The notes beneath the pieces were generated by a model, which was not told the DNA's origin, did not search any database, and worked only from the letters and a program-made list of their open reading frames with translations. Position numbers and translations under genes: made by a program. Positions 27,757-38,300 of a stretch of DNA of 42,059 nt are shown here, in pieces. Within the stretch, counting starts at the first letter, position 1. Each line of letters starts with the position of its first letter. Origin of the DNA: a virus (Duplodnaviria > Caudoviricetes); IMG/VR virus record IMGVR_UViG_3300030376_000797, positions 1 to 42,059 of that record. The stretch is one strand, 5' to 3'.

Positions 27757-29339
27757 TGGCTGAAATTAAACAAACTAGAGTATCAGGCTATATGAATCCT
27801 ATGATGCCTGAGAAAGACGAAGGCAGAGAAGCTATACAGAAAAGACAACTTGCAATGCAAGAAGCTGTAGCAAAATATCAAATAGCTGGTATGAAAGAAA
27901 ATCAGAGAATGCAGGGTATAAATAGAAAAGCAAATGATTGGTTTGCTTCTAATTCTGATTCCTTGTTTTCTCAAACTTCTAATCCGTTAGACTCTAACTC
28001 ACTAAACTTTAGTGACCCTGAAAAAATATCAGCAATGTATAAAAAATACAGAGAAGAAGTTGGTGGCAATTATGATACATTCCAAGAATACATTAAGATG
28101 GGTCAGGCTAATGAGATAAAGAATAATAGAAGACAGCTTGATATAATGATGGATGAGTATGAAAGTCCAAAAGAAGCTAGAAGAGCTATTAATGAACAAT
28201 TACAAGGTATGAGTGAGGGAGATAGGAATAAACTATTCTCTATGCTTGATGAAGAAACTTATTCAAGGTTAAATGAAATTTACGATGTTAATCAAGGTGG
28301 TTTCTTTGATACGTTAATGGAAAATAAAGGTAAGGTAGCAACTGGAATTGCAGTTACTGGATATGGTGCGTATAGATTGTTAAAAGGTAGAGGCGGTGCA
28401 AATGTCATTGATGATATTGTTAAAGCTGGTAAAAAAGGTGTTAAGAAAGGGAAAAAAAGTTCTAAAGCAATTAAAAAAGAAGTATTGCAATTAGGTCCGG
28501 GAGCAAAACAATTAGGACCCGGAGCAAAGCAATTAAGAGGTATGACTAACGACCCTAATACTATTTACGCAGGTGGTAAAAGAGTCCCTTTGATAGGTGG
28601 TAAAGTAAGTAAAGGTCCTAAAACATCGCAAGATTTAGCTAGAGAAGCTATGGAAAAACAGGGTAAAGGTGTACCAAGAGAAGCAAAAATTAAGTTTGAT
28701 AGTAAAAAAATACAAGATGCTGAGTTTGAAGATATAAAAGTTAAATCTAGGCAAGTTATTCCTGACAATAAAATATCTGCTGAAATGAAAATGGTTGGCG
28801 AAAAAATGAGGTCAGGTCAAATTACAAAACTTGAAGCCAAATCTTACAAAGAAGCTATAGAAAGTTTACAAAGACAAGGAACTCCACTTACTAAAGGTGC
28901 TTTAGTTGAGACTTTGAAATCTAGACCGGGAGGAGTTAGATTCTTAGAGAAGATAGCCAATAAAGAGATAGGATGGAAAGGCACTATAGGAGCTGGATTA
29001 GCAGGTGCTTACATAGGTGGTGGTATAATGTCAAAAGGTGCTGAAGCTTTAGGCTTTGGTGAAAAAGGACAGAAAGTTGGTGAGATAGTTGGTAATACAG
29101 GTGGAGCAGTTGGAACTCCGGGAGCCATTAGAGGCTTACAACAGATAGTAAAACAACAAGGTCCTAAGGCTATATACGACAAACTCCTAAAGAAAAAGGG
29201 AGCTAAGTGGGTAGCTAGAAAAGTTGCTACTGGTGCATTAAAAGGATTATTAGGCGGTAGTGGAATTGGAACTGCTTTAGGTGTAGGCTTACTTGCACTA
29301 GACGCAATGGAAATTTATAATATTTTAAAAGAAGATTAA
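27756..29339 (+). CDS. Internal virion (ejection) protein 3, probable membrane-inserting
   Basis: Several Gly-zipper hydrophobic helices (GTIGAGLAGAYIGGG, GLLGGSGIGTALGVGLLAL). Confidence 0.65.
   Translation: MAEIKQTRVSGYMNPMMPEKDEGREAIQKRQLAMQEAVAKYQIAGMKENQRMQGINRKANDWFASNSDSLFSQTSNPLDSNSLNFSDPEKISAMYKKYREEVGGNYDTFQEYIKMGQANEIKNNRRQLDIMMDEYESPKEARRAINEQLQGMSEGDRNKLFSMLDEETYSRLNEIYDVNQGGFFDTLMENKGKVATGIAVTGYGAYRLLKGRGGANVIDDIVKAGKKGVKKGKKSSKAIKKEVLQLGPGAKQLGPGAKQLRGMTNDPNTIYAGGKRVPLIGGKVSKGPKTSQDLAREAMEKQGKGVPREAKIKFDSKKIQDAEFEDIKVKSRQVIPDNKISAEMKMVGEKMRSGQITKLEAKSYKEAIESLQRQGTPLTKGALVETLKSRPGGVRFLEKIANKEIGWKGTIGAGLAGAYIGGGIMSKGAEALGFGEKGQKVGEIVGNTGGAVGTPGAIRGLQQIVKQQGPKAIYDKLLKKKGAKWVARKVATGALKGLLGGSGIGTALGVGLLALDAMEIYNILKED
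28488..28540 (+). repeat. 21-bp tandem repeat (about 2.5 copies) encoding QLGPGAK
   Basis: CAATTAGGTCCGGGAGCAAAA CAATTAGGACCCGGAGCAAAG CAATTAAGAGG. Confidence 0.8.
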
Positions 29340-29342
29340 AAT

Positions 29343-32300
29343 ATGGCACAAGAAGGTTTGTTTGAACCTAAAGCCACGAAGGAACAAACTAGGGCATCAG
29401 TAACAAAATATAGGTTACGCCCTGAGCTTTGGGATGGCAATGAAAAAGAGATAGAAAATCTCAAAAGACACGCAGAACATCATAGGATACCCTTTTCTCG
29501 TAGCGACCAGCATCAAGATAGTTTTCTTTCAGGGGTATTAAAGAACTATGGTAGAGGTGTTATGGAAGGCTATACAGCTAACATAGCACAATTTGATGAC
29601 CAACCAGATACTATAAGTGAAAAAGTAGCTAGACAGCTTGGTTCTCTATCAGGATTCCTTGGTAAATTACCGGGAGGTAAGTTTAGTAAAACTATAAGAG
29701 CTATTAACGCTGTAACAGCAGGAAGGTCGTTACCTTTAGCTGGAGCAAACGCTGTTACCAAGTTTGTTAGTAAAACAGGTAAACCTATTATACGGGATAT
29801 GCCTAATGTTAGAAAATTATTCCAAGAAGAAAATTTAGCTGGTGACGTATTAAAAGGAGCATTTCATCTAGGAACTGCTAGTGCTATATCTGATTGGAGA
29901 GGTGTAGTAGATGAAGGTATGCCTAGACTTATAGACGCATTTAAACAAGGTGGTATTTGGGGTGGTGGTTTTAGAGCTATAGGTAATATGAAAGGCTTTG
30001 GTAAAAGATTACAGCCTCATCAAGTAGACTCAGCAACTATGATGCCTATAATGAGTAAACTAGAGCCCGGTCAAAAGTTTGATGCTATATTAAAAGCTGG
30101 TACTATGGGTGCAATACAGGGTGGGTATGCAACTAGTCTAGACCTACCATTAGAAGAACAAGTATATGAATATGTAATGGGTGCTTACTTTGGTTTTAAC
30201 GAGACTCCACTTCAATTAAGAATATCAAAGAAAGCTATTGCTGAAACTATATCTAAGAAATATGAAGACCCCACTGGATTACCTGACCCAGAGATGCATC
30301 CGAAATGGGATACTTGGACTAATGAAGCACAAAAATATATAAAAAGAGATTTTAAAGAATTTTTTGGTGAAAAAGAAGATGTAAGAAGAGCTACTTATAA
30401 CTTATATAAAAGAAGTTTAGCTAATGGTGAAGTAAACGAAAGAGATATTATTGAAGAAATGGAATCAATGGTAGCTAAAAATCTTGAAGGAACTGAGTTT
30501 GCACCAGATGGTAAAGTAATTAAACCTATTAGTAAAGGTGATTTAAAAAGAGTACAAGATATTATAAAAGACAATCCTAATAAGGAAGAGTATCAAGACC
30601 TTGATATGCACATTAATGAAATATCTAAGTTACCCGGAAAAATATCTGGTCAAGGTGGATTTGTTGATAGATATGTAATGCCTAATATAGAAGGTGGTAA
30701 CACAGCAGATAGATTAGTTGAGTCTATAAAAATTAATAAGCAATGGGATAGTTTACATCAAGTAGTTAATGGCGTTAGTATGCCTAGAAAAGGTGCTGTA
30801 GACGCTATGTACGACTACTTAAAGAAAGAATATAAGCGTACTGATTTATCTCAACCTGAAATGGATTGGTGGAGAAACTGGGCTGAGCAAACTAGAAAAA
30901 AGAAACTTGTATTACAAACATACTTTGCTGATGGTAAAGTTGCTTATGTTGACAAAGGTGTTAACATACTTGGTAATAAAAAAGAATTAGTATTTGAACC
31001 ACCTTTAATGGAACAAGTATATCAACAGTTAGGTGGTGAAGGTAATTTTTATGCTATATCTGACCATTTCGTTAGGAAAGGTAAAGAGTATAAGCTTAAT
31101 GATGTAAATAGATTACAAGCAGATTTAATGAGAGAGAAAGGCGGCAAAAAAAAGAAAGCTGAAAACATCATTAAACAAATAAAAACTAAAATGTTAATGG
31201 AGATGGATAAGGAAGGTTACCATTACGTTGGTGGTCGTGGCGATAAAAAAGCTATGTACTTTGTTAAAAAGAATCCACAAGTAAGAGGTAGTGTTCAAGA
31301 GAATATGCTACAAATAAAGAAAGCTTTTGTAGATGCTGGTATGGATGCTGAAAGATTTGACAATCTTAGAAATTATAGTAAAAGACAATTTTGGGCTAAG
31401 AATAGAATGTTGCGTCAAGATTACTTTGATGAAGCTTTTATAAGCAATATACATTACGATGTATACAATAATTTTGGAGCCAATGTAAAAGACTTTAACA
31501 AAGCCTTGGTTCAAATGTTAAGTAAACCCGGTTATGTTAGCGATTCTAAAGCTTACAATAAGAGAGCACAGATTTGGTTTAATACTGGAATGACTACTAA
31601 TGATAGAGTTGCTAGAGAATACTTAAAGAAATATGCAAAGAGATATAAAGAAAACATAGATGTCTTAGATTTCTTTGGGAGCGATGGAAACTTAAGGGCT
31701 AGAGGTCAGTTTTGGAATGATGATGTAAAAAATTCAAAGAGTAAAAAAGTTCTTCGTAAAAATTCTGAAAGACCTGAATCTTTTGATGGCGGTATACCTG
31801 CACTTCCAGAATTTATATACGCTTTAAACAAGGCTAATGGTATAACTAATGAGGGTGCAGTTAATAAATCTTTTATTGTAGCTCCTAATGGTAGACACGG
31901 AGCATTGCTAGGAAAGTATATGTTCTTTGAAGCTACTCCTGATATGGCGGCTTCAATGAGAAAAGATGGCATACATTTTATTGCACCTAAGTCTGCTATA
32001 AAACAATTTGGCACACGAAGATATGGTGATGTTGTTGAAGCTGGAATTAAAGATAATTATAATAAACAAGATTTTGAAAACGAAGTAAATGCTATGGGGT
32101 TAAAACATAAGAGACATCCGTCTGACCCTGATAGGATAGGTGAAGTTTTTATACCAGCAGATTTGCAAAGACAGGGCTATGGCACAAGGTTCTTAAAAGC
32201 TTTTGAAAGATACAGAGCAAATGAAGGAGCTACTCAAGTAAAGATTAACGCTATTGGTGGTCGTAAAGACTTAGGTAGTTTTGATTTAGACAATGTAAAC

Positions 32301-35300
32301 TTTTGGAAGAAACAAGGTTTTAAAGTAGATACAAAAGAGCTTGAGAAAATGAAGAAAGCTGGTATAGATATACAAAAAATAAAGACTAGCTTTAATCCAA
32401 AAGCAATAGGTAAAACTGTTGGCGTAGTTCCAATGGTAAAAAGTATTAAGTCTAGGGACCAAAATCGTATGCGTTTTGGAGGACCTACATATGATGTTAG
32501 ACTAGATAATATTAGAACAGTACTATCTGAGGTTACAGGCAATAGAGATATGGATGGTGCCAAGTTTGCTAAACAGTTATGGTCTACTATAACGCATTTT
32601 GGAGTCAATCCTACTAACCCTAAGCTTGTTAAGATAATGTCTGATGAGCTAATTAGAAACTCTGTTGAAGGTGATGAGAATTTAAACGCTCAATGGGATG
32701 AGCATATTAAAGCACCAAATAAAGTTTCTGAAGCTAAGGTGTTGGATAACATAGATGAAATTTCATTAAATAGATTAATGAATGCAGTTGTTGATAAAGA
32801 TAATGAAGGATTTGCAAGTAAGATTTACGATAGTATTTTAAAGAAATCAAATGAAATTGAAGCACAAAAAGCAGAAGACTCAGAGACTAATAGAGATGAT
32901 TATTTTAGTGCGGCTGGTGAGATAAGTGAGTTTGATACCATAGTAGATAGGATGGGTGAATTGTATCCAGATGGTAATCTTGGTTTCTATATGCATAAAA
33001 TGGCTAAAAACTATAGACAACAAGCTGTTAAGAATTATATAGTAGATAGAATTAGTAGACCTAAATTAAAAAATGGAATGAAATCAAGAATGAGACCTTG
33101 GGACCATTCTATGTGGAGCCATAAAAAGTTTAACATCTTTGACGACCCAGATGGAAAGGGACAAGAAGTATTTTTCTTAGATGATGGGGCTAAACAAAAA
33201 AAGATATATGACCCGTTTTTTGATAAAGGATATGAGACGCTAGGTAACATATGGAAACAAAGAAAACTAGGCGATAAGGGTATATATAAGGACAATTTAG
33301 ACTATATAGATGACATACTAGAAGCTGTTAATATGAGAGTACCTATGGATTCTCAAAGTGGTGCACACGTTTTAAAGTTTGCTGGATTTACTGGGACCAA
33401 AGGTCACGGAGTTTTATTACACGGAAGAGTGATGGATGCATTAGGTGGTGCAGATTTAGATGGAGACAAAGCTTTTATATTCTTTGGCGGTAAAAAAGGT
33501 ATGCATAAAGAGTGGAAAGATATTTGGAAAGGACAAAGAGACGAATTTATAGATAAGGATGGTAATGAAATGGCGGCTAAATCTGATTTAGCAAGAGCTA
33601 TGTTTGTTAAGTCTGATAAAATTGTAGAAGATTTTGGTCAAAGTAGATTTAGTAAATACGACCCATATTGGAGAGGGTTTATGTCAGAAGCGGCAGGAGA
33701 TGGTCGTGACACTTTAGGAGGTGCTGTAACTACTAGGCAATCACTTGCATCTGCTTATGACGCTATGAGATTTTCTAATACAGCAGACGTTCAAGGTAAA
33801 GTTGTGTATATAAATGGTCAGTATTTACCAAGTATACTAAGGAAGGGTTCTTATTATTATCCTGTTGACATAACAAAGAATAAAAGAATTATTTATATGA
33901 AACAGACTCCTAAACAAAGAGGAGCAGTAGAAAGATTTAAAGAATTAGCAAGAGCCGCTATCAACCTTGGTGCTGACCCTATGGATGAGTCAGGTATTGT
34001 TAGTCCTGATGTAATTAAAGACATACTTACAGACACACTATTTAAATTTGAATATGTTACTGGTAAAAAAGTTGGTAATAAAAAGAATAAAAAGTGGATA
34101 TTTGGAGATAGCTTTGGATATTATAAAGGTAAGAACAATGATAAGGCTAGAGAATTAGCAAGAGTTGATAAAGTAAAAGGTTTTCATTCTATTTATGGAA
34201 GATTAAACAACACTTTATATGGTAGGAATTTTCAAACAGGTAGAAAATATAGTTATGGAGAGATTCAATCTAGTGTTCAAGATATAGATTGGTTACCTAA
34301 TTCTGCTAAACAAAACTTAGTAGGTTATATAGCTAAAGAATATAGAAATATACCATACGAGGATAACGTATTTAGAAGATTAGATAGAAATGCTCTTGAT
34401 GATTTATACAATTCTAATAGAAGAGACTTTGCTGATAACCCTGACTTACTTGCTTTGTTTGAAAGAACAAGTATGATGACTAGAAGGGGACCATTAATTG
34501 ATAATATACTTAATCACGAAATATATGATGCAGATGCAAGGTTAGCATTAGCACATAATAAAAAGAAGTTTTGGGATTTATTTAGCCGTAAATGGCATCC
34601 TCAATTTGACGAACAAGTTAAAGGTGATAAACGATATAAAATGGGTAACGTTCCTGCTCACCTATGGTATAAGTTTGTTAAAAACAGAGAAGCTACTAGC
34701 GTAAATGATAGGTTACAATATTTAGAATATAAATTAAATCAAGCTGAAGATTACATTACTAATGATTTATCCGATATGTCTTCTATTAGACATATACTAA
34801 ATATTAAAAAACAATACAAAATAAGCGATACTCAGTTTAAAAAAGTAAACGCTATGGTTAATGAGTTAAAAATGAACTCATATTATGTTAAAAAAGCTAA
34901 TAAAGAATTAAGAGAAGATGTTAGAGAGCTTGGTCAAAAATTTAAAGGCGATTTTGATAGTGAAAGATTCTTAAAGATGATTGGATTTCGAAAGAAGTCA
35001 GGTGCTGGTATGGACCAACAAGCTGTTGATAGACAGATATTGTTTGATAAAAAACAATTAAAGTTGCAAGGATTGCAGAATCTATATGATTCCTTGTTAT
35101 TGGGTACTTTTCAAAAGACTAATTTAGATTTAATTAAAAAATACGAGAATCAAAAGAAACCTTTAACTCCTTCTGAAAGGTCTTTATTGCAAGTCTTGCG
35201 TAAACACGGGCAAAACACAGCTCTTTTAAGAATAGGGTTCCAGTCTAAATCAGTTAAAGATGGCTCTGTTAAGAAGCATTTAAACGAATATAACAAACTA

Positions 35301-38300
35301 TATAAACAAGTAGCTCAACCTAGTGCTGAAGAAATGAAGCAGATAAAAGATATTGGGGATGGTAACGAATCTCAAAGACCTCCTAGTTATAATGATGAAC
35401 TTGGAAAAATGTCTGAAGGTAAAATTATAGAAGCGTCTGATTTATCTGAAGCTGATAGGATTTATATGGATATGATTGAACCTTTTAAAGGACTTAAGAA
35501 AGGCAATGTAAAAGACAAAGAACTCTATAGAACAATGCTTAGTATAGAAAACCATATGAAACATTATCATAATATGGATACTAGAGCCTTTAACGGTTTT
35601 TTTAGGTCTTTGTTCCAAAAAAATATTAATATGGCTACTAAGTTTGACTTGCAAAACTTTGATAGAATACTTACTGATATGCGTAAAGGTAGTACTTGGG
35701 TTAGATTTACTAATTGGGTTACAGGTAAAAACAAAGAACCTCTACCTGATTTAGAAAAAAGATACTGGTCAAGATTTCCAGAAGCTAATAATAAAGAATG
35801 GTTAAAGTATCCGGGTATGATGAAGTGGGAAAAAGATATTGCCCCTTTTAAAGATAGATTTAACAATAGTATTATGGGTGAAGTAGTAAGACCTACTACT
35901 ATTATGGGTGATTTACAAAACTTTTCTGCTAAAATATCTGAGTTTTCTTTACAAACAAGTGAAGAAGAGACTAATAAACTTAGAGAAGAACTTGCTCCAT
36001 TAATACAATCACACGCAGATGGTCCAGACTTATGGAAGATTGCCATACCTCTAAGAGAAAGAGCTATGGTTTCTTTAATCTCTGAAATAGAAGGCGGCGG
36101 TTCTAAGATGAGCCATAGGCAAATGCATTATATAAGAAATTATGAAGCTGTACAGCCTATGTTACGCAAACTTAAAGATAAACAATACGTAATACCTACT
36201 AAAGATGGTGCTGTTAAAATGAGCGGTATGGACGTTATTAATAAGATAAATGAAATCATCACGAATAAAAACAAGTATATGGCTAACTTTATTAATGGTG
36301 ATGCTGACTATGTAAAACAGTTTACTAAGGTAGCTTATAACAAGCAAGGTCAGTTAACTTGGTCTGGAGTTGATTTAGTTGCTAAGAAATGGATGAGATA
36401 TAGTAAAGAGAAGTTTAGAAAAGGTGAGAAGTATGATATAAGTAAATTTGGAATTAACGGTATTATGGAAATATCTAAGCTTATTCAAATAAAATACACT
36501 ACTCCTAAAAGATTTAGAACTAAAAGATTATTAAAAGAATTATCTGGTCAACTTGGTTTAGGTATGCAAAGAACAGAATTGTGGGACCCTGAAGCTTATT
36601 TTCCTCACGTTGCTTTTGATAGGACTGAAGTTAATAAACAATTATCTAGAGGTTTAGACGCTATATTTGCTGACAAGAAAAAGACTAAAGAAAGAAAATA
36701 TAAAGAAGCTAAGAAATTAATATATCAATCTCATACTATGACTGGTGATTGGGCACCTAAATCTATTAGTGAAGAAAACTTTGATGTTATGCAAGAGACG
36801 TACTCTAAGTTATCTCAAGAAGTAGATAAGAAAAAACCAAGAGCTATACTACCTAATACTTTTAAAAAAGCATTTAGTCAAAATCAAAGAGAGTCACATC
36901 TTGGTGGTTGGTCTAGAGAGTTAGAAGCGTATGAAGCCAATATGAAAAATACTATTGATACTTTTTATAAAGAAAGTATGCTTAGTCTTTCTAGGATGCA
37001 CATACAAGAGTTTCATAGTAAGTTTTTAAAACAGAGTAAGGATAAGAAATTAGCGGCTAGATGGGGCAATTTCTTAAAGCTATTTACTCAATCATCTATG
37101 GGTTACCCTATAGACATACCAGAAGCAATTCAAAACGACCCTAAGATGAAGATAAAAGGAACTCCTTATCAATGGTTTGCTGATAATAATGCTCGTAAAA
37201 GAATAGAATCTATTAAAGAAAAGCTTGGTATAAGTCACAAATCTTTAAAGAAATATGGAATAAAACGCAGTGATGTTGAAGGTTTGCAGGGTATGACACA
37301 AAACCAATTACAATATTGGAGTGGATTAGAAGCTAAATGGCAAATGGCATCATTACTTGCTCACCCTAAGAGTGCTATCACTAACTTGTTTGGTGGTACT
37401 ATACATACTGGTATAGGTGCAGGTGTTCAGAATCTTGCAAAAGCTAGAGACATAGATTACTTAAGAACAAATATTAATCCTAATTGGAGAAGTATGAGGG
37501 ATGTTGAGAAGTGGGTAGAAAGCTTAGGTATTGTTGAAGAATTTCTAATGTATGAGGCTGGGTTAAATAAAGAGATACGTGGTAAAAGAATGGATTCTTT
37601 TCTTAAAGCGGCTATGAGTAAGCTTAGAAGAAATCCTAATCTTAGTGATACCTCACTTGCAGACTTAGCTAAGGAATACAAAGTTACTGACACTATGTGG
37701 AATAAAGCATCTTGGTTTATGCGTAGACCTGAAAGAACTCTTCGTAGAGACGCTTTTATGTCACATTATATCAAGGCTAGAGAAAATTTTAAGGGTGCAA
37801 TAAGAGATTATGACCACCCGTTTTTAATAGAGATGGGGAGAAAGGGTGTACAAGCTACTCAGTTTTTATACTCTGCTCCGTTCAGACCAATGTGGACGAA
37901 CAGTGCCTTGGGTAGGGTAATGTCACGTTTTCAGTTATGGAGTTGGAACTCTGTACGTTTTAGAAAAGACATATTAAGTGAGGTCGGGCAGATGGGATAT
38001 CAACCCGGCACTCCTGAATTTGAACGTGCTAAAAGACTAATTACAGCAGACGCTATGATTTATAGTCTATCAAGTATGTTTATGTATAGTCTTTTTGATA
38101 ACGCACTCCCAGCTCCTTGGAACTGGTTTCAAGATACAGCAGATGCTATGTTTGGTGATGAGGAAGATAGAGAAAGAGCTTTCTTTGGTCACCCAGCAGG
38201 ACCATTATCAATTATTAAACCACCTGTATTTAGATTTGATAAACCTATGTGGGATGGTTTGGTACACGGGAACTGGGATAAAATGACTGATTATTATCTC

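Noticed and set aside
4553-37693. Numerous short antisense and alternate-frame ORFs in the track (e.g. 12433-12903, 15903-16319, 35567-36046)
   Set aside because: They overlap well-supported genes, lack SD sites, and show shadow-frame composition caused by codon bias or collagen repeats.
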